Source of the DNA: a bacterium
GTDB lineage: Bacteria; SZUA-182; DTGQ01; JAFGSM01
Reading direction: 5' to 3'
DNA length: 12,770 nt
Assembly (NCBI GenBank): GCA_049472315.1
Contig: JBLIRN010000076.1
Span: 1-12,770, forward strand
In this document: positions 1-7,390 of the stretch, piece by piece
How positions within the stretch are numbered: the first letter of the stretch is position 1
How the letters are laid out: the number at the start of each line of letters is the position of its first letter
Position numbers and translations under genes: made by a program
The notes under the pieces: generated by a model
Seen by the model: the letters and a program-made list of their open reading frames with translations, nothing else
The model's database searches: none
What the model was told of the DNA's origin: nothing

Positions 1-1535
1 TTGATAAAGATCGTACCCCTCGGCTGTAAATGAAACAGGGCGTATGCAGTCGCCTTTCCGGCCCTGTCGGCGACAAGCGCCCCGGTCTGTCTCTTGGTCA
101 TGGGGCCGTGCCATGGCTCATATCCGTCAAAAAGGTGATTGAGAAGCCCGGTGCCGCGCGTATCCGTCAGGAACTGGGATCTGAATCCGATCAGCCCCCG
201 TGAGGGGATGCGGAATTCGAGGCTCACCCTTCCGTGCCCGTTGTTGTGCATCTTCATCATCCTGCCTTTGCGCATGCCGATCTGCTGCGATACGACGCCC
301 ACAAACTCCTCGGGCACATCGATAAAGACCAATTCCATGGGTTCATGCACGACACCATCGATGGTTTTGGTTATGGTTTCAGGCATCGATACCGACAGCT
401 CATATCCCTCGCGCCGCATCATTTCGATGAGAATGGCGAGCTGCAGTTCCCCCCGCCCCATGACCTTGAATGAATCGGTCTCATTGAAATCCACCTGTAT
501 GGAGACGTTGTGGAGGAGTTCCTTTTCCAGCCGCTCCCGCAGCTTTCGCGAGGTGACGTATTTGCCTTCCTTGCCTGCAAAGGGGGAGGTATTGATGGAA
601 AAGACCATCGATATGGTCGGCTCGTCCACCGTTATCCTCGGCAGGGGCCGGGGATCCTCCACATCGGTTATGGTATCCCCTATATTGATTTCCTCTATGC
701 CTGCAAGGGCAACGATGTCCCCCATGGATGCCTCTTGTGTCTCCTTCCTCTCCAGCCCTTCGAATGTATAGATGAGATTGATCGTTGTCCTGGTGATCGC
801 ATTGTCCTTGTGTGCTATGGCTACACGATCGCCCGCCCTGACCGTGCCCGAGACGATCCTTCCTATGGCCAGCCTGCCCACGTAATCGTTGTAGTCTATG
901 TTGGTGACCAGGATCCGCAGGGTTTCGTGCACGTCACCTTCAGGCGCCGGGATCGTCGTGAGGATCAGATCGAACAACGGCCGCAGGTCGTTCGCATCGT
1001 CCTTCATGTGCAGCTTCGATATCCCCTTTTTGGCGTTCGTATAGATGACGGGGAATTCCAGTTGCTCTTCCGTTGCATCGAGATCGATGAACAGATCATA
1101 CACCTCGTTCAAGACCTCCCGGATCCTGGCGTCAGGCCGGTCTATCTTGTTGATGACAAGGATCGGGGGCAGCTTGAGCTCCAGGGCCTTTTTCAGGACG
1201 AATCTGGTCTGGGGAAGCGGGCCCTCCGATGCGTCAACGAGCAATAAAACGCCGTCCACCATCTTCATCGTTCGTTCGACCTCACCGCCGAAATCGGCAT
1301 GACCGGGGGTGTCCACAATGTTTATTTTGACACCGTCAAAGACAATGGCCGTGTTTTTGGCCATGATGGTGATGCCCTTTTCCTGCTCGAGGTCGATGTT
1401 ATCCATGATCCGTTCTTTTACCTTTTCATTGGCACGAAAGATCCCCGCCTGTTTCAGCATCCAGTCCACAAGGGTGGTCTTGCCGTGATCAACATGGGCG
1501 ATAATGGCGATATTTCTCAGATCCTCACGTCTCAT
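1..1535 (-). CDS. typA: Translational GTPase TypA/BipA, 3'-truncated by the window edge (not in the ORF track)
   Basis: Manual minus-strand translation from ATG at 1535 gives [24 protein letters not shown] (G1), EKGITI (G2), [18 protein letters not shown] (G3) and VINKID (G4). TypA-specific motifs follow: [20 protein letters not shown] and [28 protein letters not shown]-like sequence lies upstream. Confidence 0.97.
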   Translation of the reverse strand, partial: MRREDLRNIAIIAHVDHGKTTLVDWMLKQAGIFRANEKVKERIMDNIDLEQEKGITIMAKNTAIVFDGVKINIVDTPGHADFGGEVERTMKMVDGVLLLVDASEGPLPQTRFVLKKALELKLPPILVINKIDRPDARIREVLNEVYDLFIDLDATEEQLEFPVIYTNAKKGISKLHMKDDANDLRPLFDLILTTIPAPEGDVHETLRILVTNIDYNDYVGRLAIGRIVSGTVRAGDRVAIAHKDNAITRTTINLIYTFEGLERKETQEASMGDIVALAGIEEINIGDTITDVEDPRPLPRITVDEPTISMVFSINTSPFAGKEGKYVTSRKLRERLEKELLHNVSIQVDFNETDSFKVMGRGELQLAILIEMMRREGYELSVSMPETITKTIDGVVHEPMELVFIDVPEEFVGVVSQQIGMRKGRMMKMHNNGHGRVSLEFRIPSRGLIGFRSQFLTDTRGTGLLNHLFDGYEPWHGPMTKRQTGALVADRAGKATAYALFHLQPRGTIFI

Positions 1536-1575
1536 ACATCCTCATTCCGAATGGTTGGTGAAATGAAAAACGATT

Positions 1576-1604
1576 ATTATACCGCTTTTATTGTTAAAAA
1601 TGAA
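1576..1604 (-). promoter_or_regulatory. Putative sigma70 promoter of typA
   Basis: Minus strand TTCATT (1604-1599), 17 bp spacer, perfect TATAAT (1581-1576), about 40 bp upstream of the ATG. Confidence 0.5.
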
Positions 1605-1659
1605 GGAAGAATCCGATTCATGTCTGATTCATGCGAGGACTGATCCCTGATGTCCCCGC

Positions 1660-2784
1660 CTAATATTCCTGCGTACTGAAGAGATAGCGCCCGAAAAGTG
1701 CGTCCCCGATGAGCAGTATCCCCGAAATGATAAAGGGATACTTGAGGTCCATGTAGTATCCGATGAGCGAGAAAAGGATGGCCCCGGCCATATGCCCGAG
1801 CGTCATGATCGCCACGAGCATACCGGAGCTTCCGCCGATACTCCTTTTTTCAAACAGCCTGAATATGAACACGAAGCTTATGGCCGCCATTATGCCGTCA
1901 CCGATCTCGTGGATGATGCGAAACAGAAATGAAACCGCAAGGGAGCGGCTCACCATGAGGATATGCCCGGCACCCGAGATCACCATGGCAAAAAGAAAGA
2001 TCCGCTCATTCAGCAGGGGATCGAACCGGATAAACACCACCCAGAGCGAGGCAATGCAAAAGAAGACGAGGGGTATCGCGATATAGAGCGCCATCTGCAG
2101 GTGGTTGAGATGAAACATCGACTGCAGAAAGGGGGTGTATACGGTGCCCTCGGCACCCCAGTGAAGGGCAAGGATAAAGATCAGGATGGAGAAGAGGATG
2201 GTCTTTCTGTTGACGAGGTCCAAGGTGTAGTCATGGACGGACACGGCGTGCAATGCCGCCCTGGGAATACCCCCGGTCACCATGAGCACACCCAGAAGAT
2301 ATACGGCAAAGAAATAGAACATCCCCTGAAAATTCGATATGTGGGTGAGAATGCCTCCCAGCAGCGCCCCCAGCGCCATCCCCACGGAGGGCCAGAGGTT
2401 GAACATACCGAATCTCCTGTTGAGGTCCGTATCCGCATCGTCCTTGTAATAGTAGCTGTTTGCGGATATCTCCAGGGCATTGTTCGCCACCCCCACCAGG
2501 AGGAAGATGGCCGCCATGGCGAAGAAGTTCTCCACGTGTCCCATGGCAAGGAAAAGGAGTATCATGAGCCCGAGCGCTCCCTGGATCACCCGCTTGATGG
2601 AGATGCGGTCATTGATCCATCCGGTGGGAAAGGAGAAAAGAAGCGGGGCAAAGGCAAGGAGCGAGACGATGACGCCGATCTGCCATCCGCTGTATCCGAG
2701 CGTGATGAAATGGAGGGGGATGAAGAAGAACAGTGACGAGTAGACGAACCTGCGGCTGAAATTGATGATATGTATCCTGGTCAT
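1660..2784 (-). CDS. Major facilitator superfamily (MFS) transporter
   Basis: 374 aa with about 12 hydrophobic segments in two halves. MFS motif A-like GWINDRISIKR follows TM2, and GYSGWQIG lies between TM1 and TM2. Substrate unknown. Confidence 0.88.
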   Translation of the reverse strand: MTRIHIINFSRRFVYSSLFFFIPLHFITLGYSGWQIGVIVSLLAFAPLLFSFPTGWINDRISIKRVIQGALGLMILLFLAMGHVENFFAMAAIFLLVGVANNALEISANSYYYKDDADTDLNRRFGMFNLWPSVGMALGALLGGILTHISNFQGMFYFFAVYLLGVLMVTGGIPRAALHAVSVHDYTLDLVNRKTILFSILIFILALHWGAEGTVYTPFLQSMFHLNHLQMALYIAIPLVFFCIASLWVVFIRFDPLLNERIFLFAMVISGAGHILMVSRSLAVSFLFRIIHEIGDGIMAAISFVFIFRLFEKRSIGGSSGMLVAIMTLGHMAGAILFSLIGYYMDLKYPFIISGILLIGDALFGRYLFSTQEY

Positions 2785-2829
2785 GGGGGTGGCCGTTTGA
2801 TTGCGTAATAGTAAAGGGTTACAAAAAAT

Positions 2830-3747
2830 TTACGCCGACATGTCATTGACCTTAGGTTGATAATCCCGCAATGACTGAAAGGCTTCATAAGGGAGCAGGA
2901 ATCTCCCGACATCTTCGATGTTACGGTGCAAATCGGTGCCCGCCAGTATAAGCAGATTGTTTTTTCGTGCGATTTTGACGTAGATATTATTCTCCTCCGG
3001 TTCATCATAACTGCCTGTGTATGCCTCGATACCCGCAAGCCCTGCCCTGATGAGGGAGCTGATGACCAGTTGCCTGTACTCCTCCGGTATTTTATGGGGG
3101 TGGGCCAGTACAGGTTTTCCGCCCCATTTGAGCACCCTTTCTACAGCCATCACGGAATCGATGGTTTCCCTCTGGTGATAGCAGGGCCCCCCAGGACCGA
3201 TAAGGGTGTTTGCCTCCCTGGTATCTTTGGCCATACCCCGTTCCACCATGGCCTCCCGGAGATAGTGCCATCGGAGTGGGCCGTGTGCGGAGATGTAACC
3301 CTCCTTGTTCTTTTTTAATGTCTTATGGCCCAGGTCCCTGTCCAGATCAATGCTCTTCCCCCTCATATGGAAGAAGTGATTCAGGTTGCGGCAGGTGCTT
3401 TCAAATGCCTCAAGCCGCTTGTATTGCTCTTTAATCACATGGCGCAGAAAGGAGAAATTACTCGCATCGATGTCATATCCAACGATATGCACATGGTCAT
3501 TATCCGCGCTGATTTCCGTGCCAAAGATGAGATCGGTGTCATATCGTGCGGCATATTCCCTGGATGCCTTGATCATTGCCTCTTCCGGGTAGAAATCATG
3601 ATCTACAATGGCCAATCCCTTGATTGCAACCCCTTGATCATGGCTCAATACCCTGTTTATCTTACGCAGTTTATCCAGAAGGTCTTCCACCTGAAAGCTG
3701 CCATCTGAATATTTGGTATGGTTGTGGAAACTGGCCTTATAAATCAT
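2830..3747 (-). CDS. PHP-domain metal-dependent phosphoesterase (TrpH/YciV-like)
   Basis: PHP metal-ligand motifs appear in the expected order: FHNHTKYSDG, DHD, GTEIS, HVHIVGY, VLAHP, GIEAY, GTDLH. Confidence 0.9.
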   Translation of the reverse strand: MIYKASFHNHTKYSDGSFQVEDLLDKLRKINRVLSHDQGVAIKGLAIVDHDFYPEEAMIKASREYAARYDTDLIFGTEISADNDHVHIVGYDIDASNFSFLRHVIKEQYKRLEAFESTCRNLNHFFHMRGKSIDLDRDLGHKTLKKNKEGYISAHGPLRWHYLREAMVERGMAKDTREANTLIGPGGPCYHQRETIDSVMAVERVLKWGGKPVLAHPHKIPEEYRQLVISSLIRAGLAGIEAYTGSYDEPEENNIYVKIARKNNLLILAGTDLHRNIEDVGRFLLPYEAFQSLRDYQPKVNDMSA

Positions 3748-3804
3748 GCGATCGCACCCTCACTGACGCTCCGCCGTTGAGCAAGATATTCCTTTATTTA
3801 TAAA

Positions 3805-3833
3805 ACCATAGACAAGATTCCCATTCTTGTCAA
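3805..3833 (-). promoter_or_regulatory. Putative sigma70 promoter of the PHP-MFS genes, with an overlapping palindrome
   Basis: Minus strand TTGACA (3833-3828), 17 bp spacer, TATGGT (3810-3805). The inverted repeat GACAAGA-N7-TCTTGTC (3811-3831) fills the spacer and overlaps the -35. Confidence 0.55.
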
Positions 3834-4114
3834 AACGAATGCCTGGATGAGATTTTTTAAATTATTTGTTTTCATGAACTTTCGTTCCTGCAAAAAACCT
3901 TTGCATTCCCGCTTTTTTTATTGTGGGAAATCTTATTTCACAATCCTCGAAATCTCGCTTGACAGTCAGCCTACTTTTCTGCTGAAAATCCAGACCAGAT
4001 AAGTATACCAGAAATTGCAAAATTCGGGTAAGCTTAAAAATCCCATTTTCCGTCTTGACAATGGGGGAGACCCTGCTATTCCACTCTTCATCATCTGCTA
4101 AATTCTATTTAGGC

Positions 4115-4148
4115 GATTGTCAATGGCTTGGTAGGGATTGTCAATGGC
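4115..4148. repeat. 13-bp direct repeat GATTGTCAATGGC, two copies with 21-bp period
   Basis: Copies at 4115-4127 and 4136-4148. Each contains the dyad ATTG-T-CAAT and a minus-strand TTGACA. Confidence 0.75.
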
Positions 4149-4158
4149 ATTGATTTAA

Positions 4159-4302
4159 TATAACCGATAGGGTACAGCATGGAACTAATTTATCAGTTTT
4201 ATACCTTTTCGGGTATATTTTAATCTTTTCTTTGTCTGTTATAATACCCTTTAAGGTATAATAAGGGGTGTCTAATTTTTAATACATACCCTTTAGGGTA
4301 TA
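4159..4302. promoter_or_regulatory. Array of four palindromic operators (ATACC-N6-GGTAT), probably HipB-type autoregulatory sites
   Basis: TATAACCGATAGGGTACA (4159-4176), TATACCTTTTCGGGTATA (4200-4217), AATACCCTTTAAGGTATA (4243-4260) and CATACCCTTTAGGGTATA (4285-4302). Spacings are 41, 43 and 42 bp. An extended -10, TGTTATAAT (4237-4245), overlaps site 3. The array lies directly upstream of a HipB-like HTH start. Confidence 0.75.
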
Positions 4303-4340
4303 CAAATAGTATATTTTATCAGCAAACACAACGAGTGAGA

Positions 4341-4808
4341 ATGATGGGAATTGCCGAGCAGGTCAAGAATTTGAGAAAAAAGGCGGGGATCACGCAATCC
4401 GAGCTTGCGTTCAGGGCAGGGGTGAGACTGCTCTTTGAGCGGGTGCTCCTCTCGTTCCTCATCGGTAACGGGGATGCGCACCTGAAAAACTATTCCATGA
4501 TGGAGACCGATTCCGGCGGCCTGCGCCTTTCTCCTGCCTACGACATTGGCTGTTCAAAGCTGCTGATCCCGGGCGAGGAGGACTCTGCCCTCACCATAAA
4601 CGGCAAACACAACCGCATCAAACGGGACGATTTTTTTGCATTCGCAGAACACCTCGGCATCCAGGAAAGGGTGCGCGACACGATTCTCAATCGAATGAAG
4701 AGGGTTCTGGAAATCGCCCAGGAAGATGTGCCCGATTCCTATCTGCCGGCCGAAGACCGGCAACGAATGCTCGATATCATCGGAGAACGCTGGGGCCGCA
4801 TTTTTTAG
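4341..4808 (+). pseudogene. In-frame fusion of a HipB/Xre-type HTH N-terminus to the C-terminal part of a HipA/HipT kinase (deletion remnant of a hip toxin-antitoxin operon)
   Basis: The first 28 aa or so (MMGIAEQVKNLRKKAGITQSELAFRAGV) are Xre HTH helices 1-2 plus the turn. From about 4425 the frame reads LFERVLLSFLIGNGDAHLKNYS...LRLSPAYD, the HipA catalytic and Mg-binding motifs. The recognition helix and the kinase N-lobe are missing. ATG at 4341 or 4344 is preferred over GTG at 4335. Confidence 0.8.
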
Positions 4809-4911
4809 AGGATCGCTCCAGGCACGCTGGTTGCGGAATTCAGTGAGCATCTGGAAGAAATCCCCTGGTGCCCGCTGCAAGGGATTCTGCGATGGCCCAC
4901 GCACTGAGACT

Positions 4912-4986
4912 GGAAAAGAAGAAAGGTAGTGCTGCAGGCCCCGTCATCCGCCCACAGGCGCGGATACAACGAGGCCTGCAACACCA
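4912..4986 (-). terminator. Long hairpin plus U-rich tract, putative intrinsic terminator
   Basis: Arms TGCAGGCC (4933-4940) / GGCCTGCA (4973-4980) with inner ATCCGC/GCGGAT. Plus-strand mismatches become G-U pairs on the minus strand. The stem is followed on the minus strand by CUUUCUUCUUUU. Confidence 0.55.
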
Positions 4987-5007
4987 TGCTCGTTTTTAGA
5001 TGACCCG

Positions 5008-5045
5008 AAGAAAAATATCCTTAGGGATGTACCGAAGGCACATCC
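5008..5045 (-). terminator. Hairpin just downstream of the 76-aa gene, putative terminator
   Basis: Minus strand GGAUGUGCC-UUC-GGUACAUCC (5045-5025), 18 nt after the stop codon, then CUAAGGAUAUUUUUCUU. Confidence 0.5.
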
Positions 5046-5063
5046 TCCGAAAACACCCTGAGG

Positions 5064-5294
5064 CTATTTGCCGGTCTGGGTCTGATTCCGGATCTTCTTC
5101 TGGGCCTTCGTTTGGGTCTGACTCTGGCTCTTGACCTGATACTGACCTTGACTCTTGGTCTGGGTCTGCGTCTGGGTCTTCACCTGATACTTGTTCTGGC
5201 TCTTGGTCTGAGTTCCCTGGGCATAGAGATTGATTGGAAAAGCCAGCATCATAATGAATCCTGCCGATATGACATATATCATTACCTTTTTCAT
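5064..5294 (-). CDS. Small secreted Gln/Thr/Lys-rich repeat protein (76 aa)
   Basis: Strong SD AAGGAGG just before the ATG. Classic Sec signal MKKVMIYVISAGFIMMLAFPINLYA/Q. The mature part is three imperfect 16-aa units. Confidence 0.8.
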   Translation of the reverse strand: MKKVMIYVISAGFIMMLAFPINLYAQGTQTKSQNKYQVKTQTQTQTKSQGQYQVKSQSQTQTKAQKKIRNQTQTGK

Positions 5295-5481
5295 TTTTTC
5301 CTCCTTGAGATGGAATGAACGTCCTCACTGCAGTCCTTCTCTCCACAGGGATATCAATGATCAATCTGGGCAATCCGCCCCTTTCTCGAAGATGAAGGGC
5401 GTTTTCAGACCGTATGCAGTCAATATACGTTTGACACACAAAGAGGCGCCTCACCGGTGTCCCGCCTATGGAGATGTCTTG

Positions 5482-5518
5482 TCCCTCCTGGAACCGGATG
5501 TATATCCGTAAGAGGGAT
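5482..5518 (-). other. Stem-loop immediately 3' of the Trp-rich gene
   Basis: Minus strand UCCCUCUU...AGGAGGGA outer stem with inner CGGAU-AUAC-AUCCG. There is no U-tract, so it is more likely an mRNA stability or processing element than a terminator. Confidence 0.4.
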
Positions 5519-5524
5519 CAGGGG

Positions 5525-6202
5525 CTATTCCCCCGTATCGATGATATACGAGGACCACCATGGCCCTCCGCCCCCATTCACGAACCACGAGGGTACACAT
5601 GCAGCGCTCGTGGGATCGAGATACCATGCGGGGGCGATACCGCTGACATCATAACCGTTGTAAGCCTGCCAGAACCAGGGACCCGAACCTTCCTGGGGAT
5701 CGGTCAGCCATGAAGGCCCTCCCGGAAAACCCTCAACATTATTAAACCAGGGTGGTGCCCCGGCACCGGATTGGAAGTACATAGCCTGGGAGGCATTGCC
5801 CTTTCGGTACCTGGTGAGGGATTCGGATTCGGTATCCTCATCCGTAATGTAGGAAGCCCACCATGGCCCTCCGCCCCCATTCACGAACCACGAGGGTACA
5901 CATGCAGCGCTCGTGGGATCGAGATACCATGCGGGGGCGATACCGCTGACGTCATAACCGTTGTACGCCTGCCAGAACCAGGGACCGGAACCTTCCTGGG
6001 GATCGGTCAGCCATGAAGGCCCTCCTGGAAAACCCTCAACATTACTGAACCAGGGGGGTGCCGCAGAACCGTTTTGCATATATCCATTGCCGGCATTCCC
6101 CTGATTCTGATTCCCGTTCTGGGCCATGGCCGGATTGACCGTAACGACAAAGCAGAAAATAACGAACAGAGACAGTAACGTGTAAAGATAACCCTTTCGC
6201 AT
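5525..6202 (-). CDS. Secreted Trp/Pro/Gly-rich tandem-repeat protein of unknown function (225 aa)
   Basis: SD AGGAGG 8 nt upstream. Signal peptide ends in AMA/Q and is followed by an N/Q/G-rich stretch. Two near-identical repeats of about 68 aa differ mostly at synonymous sites in this frame. Confidence 0.88.
   Translation of the reverse strand: MRKGYLYTLLSLFVIFCFVVTVNPAMAQNGNQNQGNAGNGYMQNGSAAPPWFSNVEGFPGGPSWLTDPQEGSGPWFWQAYNGYDVSGIAPAWYLDPTSAACVPSWFVNGGGGPWWASYITDEDTESESLTRYRKGNASQAMYFQSGAGAPPWFNNVEGFPGGPSWLTDPQEGSGPWFWQAYNGYDVSGIAPAWYLDPTSAACVPSWFVNGGGGPWWSSYIIDTGE
5555..6062. repeat. Intragenic direct repeat, 2 x 205 bp, period 303 bp
   Basis: 5555-5759 versus 5858-6062. I count 7 mismatches: 6 synonymous and 1 Asn/Ser change. 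Confidence 0.95.
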
Positions 6203-6270
6203 GACTTCATCCTCCTATGATCTTACGAGATGGAAATAGATAATGATACGAATTTTGGCGCCTCATAGTG

Positions 6271-6299
6271 ATATACACTTTGGGACGAAAAAGGTTACA
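6271..6299 (-). promoter_or_regulatory. Putative ECF-sigma promoter upstream of the Trp-rich gene
   Basis: Minus strand TGTAACC-TTTTTCGTCCCAAAG-TGTATAT. The boxes and 15-bp spacer are the same as in the motif upstream of the sigma gene. Confidence 0.75.
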
Positions 6300-6307
6300 G
6301 GAGGAAA

Positions 6308-7285
6308 TCAGATATCCATGCCCACGGTCAGGCCGAATCCATAATCCGCACTCCCTGCATTGAGACCTGACACACCGTATGCACGGACCCAATAGGTGTC
6401 CCCTATCTCTCTTTTGATACCCAACTGCAGTGAGGAATGGGGCGAGCCTCCCGTATATAAGGCGGAACATCGGGAGAGGTCAACCATGATGGCGGTCTTG
6501 GGTGAAAAATCATAATCCGCGCCGCCACCGTAACAGGTGAGATTTTTGAAATCCGTGTCCCCGGTGTCCCCGACCCAGGTGTAATCACCGGACAGGTACC
6601 ATCCCATGCTGCCCGCTTTCCAGCTCAGGGTCAGGCCCAGGGTATAATCATATTCACCGGTACCCAGGCCGTTGTGGGAATCGGCGGTGGGAATCTTAAG
6701 ACCGGCATAGAGGTCAGGGATGGGGATGATGCGGGGAAGGTAGGGTACAAGGCCTTGGACATCCGATGATAGTGAGAGATGGATATCACCAATGCCCTGT
6801 ACAGCCTCATTGTTGTTCTCTATACATGCATTTTGGGCGGCCTTGTCCGCCACCCCATCGGGTGGGTTACCGCCCCCGGAGGGGGAACCACCGAGGCCGC
6901 TTCCCTCGCCCGCCTGATCACGCAAGAGCACCCTGGTGTTGCGGCATCCACCATATTGGTTGCGAGCGGGCGCGCCGAATCCCTGTCCGTTGGCCCCGGC
7001 AAAGGTTTGCCCGCCCACGGAGATGACCCCGCCCCCCTTCTGATAGATATAGGGGATCGTCAGTTCGGCGACCACGATTGGAAAGGGCTTGCCTTGGATG
7101 TGAAAGGAAGCGGAGGCATAGGTGGTATTCTCTTCGCTCCCGACCTCGCCCTGGGTCACCTGGAAACCGGTGTCCAGGGAGAGGGCATGTAAAGGACTTG
7201 GCCGGAAAGGGATCCGAAGCGAGAGGAGAAGGCACAGGAAGAGGAAATGGATTTTCCCGGGGGAAGAAAGCAAAAAATACCTCAC
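6308..7285 (-). CDS. Putative outer-membrane beta-barrel, Phenol_MetA_deg/COG4313 'transporter'-like
   Basis: GTG start with SD AGGAGGT and a signal peptide ending about PLHA. Amphipathic beta-strands are present. Family-like motifs are LTIPY, GIGDIHL and GLKIPTAD...LGTGEYDY. The terminal strand is DYGFGLTVGMDI. The family call comes from motif recognition, not a search. Confidence 0.7.
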   Translation of the reverse strand: MRYFLLSSPGKIHFLFLCLLLSLRIPFRPSPLHALSLDTGFQVTQGEVGSEENTTYASASFHIQGKPFPIVVAELTIPYIYQKGGGVISVGGQTFAGANGQGFGAPARNQYGGCRNTRVLLRDQAGEGSGLGGSPSGGGNPPDGVADKAAQNACIENNNEAVQGIGDIHLSLSSDVQGLVPYLPRIIPIPDLYAGLKIPTADSHNGLGTGEYDYTLGLTLSWKAGSMGWYLSGDYTWVGDTGDTDFKNLTCYGGGADYDFSPKTAIMVDLSRCSALYTGGSPHSSLQLGIKREIGDTYWVRAYGVSGLNAGSADYGFGLTVGMDI

Positions 7286-7390
7286 AAAAAACCTCCTGAT
7301 TTTGAACCCGCGGTTCTCCTCTCCCGAACCCTTTCAGAAGACCTGATGATACGTCAAAAAGACACTGCCATTTCGATGGCTGATTATCGC

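Noticed and set aside
139..1643. Plus-strand ORFs of 210, 245, 114, 85 and 79 aa
   Set aside because: They are antisense shadows of typA, which occupies the minus strand and was omitted from the ORF track because its stop is outside the window.
2795..2823. TGTAACCCTTT upstream of the MFS gene as a third ECF promoter
   Set aside because: The -35 matches, but the -10 position reads ATCAAA rather than TGTATA and lies only about 11 nt from the ATG.
4159..4302. Regularly spaced palindromes as a mini CRISPR array
   Set aside because: The units are only 16-18 bp with degenerate centres, the period of about 42 bp is too short, and there are no cas genes. They fit operator sites better.
4996..5454. 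152-aa minus-strand ORF overlapping the 76-aa gene
   Set aside because: It is an alternative frame of the low-complexity repeat. The 76-aa frame has the SD and the signal peptide.
5295..5524. Riboswitch or ncRNA in the 230-bp gap before the 76-aa gene
   Set aside because: Hairpins and a GTCAA-N7-TTGAC dyad (5419-5435) are present, but I recognise no known aptamer consensus. An Rfam/Infernal search would be needed.
5555..6062. Repeat pair as a diversity-generating retroelement TR/VR
   Set aside because: Mismatches are not adenine-specific, both copies are in one reading frame with mostly synonymous changes, and no reverse transcriptase is present in the window.
5525..6202. Trp-rich protein as a RiPP precursor
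   Set aside because: No radical SAM, P450, YcaO, peptidase or ABC exporter gene is in the window, and the protein has a Sec signal. It is kept only as a minor alternative.
7346..7380. Short hairpin GCCAT-TTCG-ATGGC, and an ATGATACG 8-mer shared with 6243-6250
   Set aside because: The 5-bp stem is weak and separated from the U-run, and a single shared 8-mer can arise by chance.
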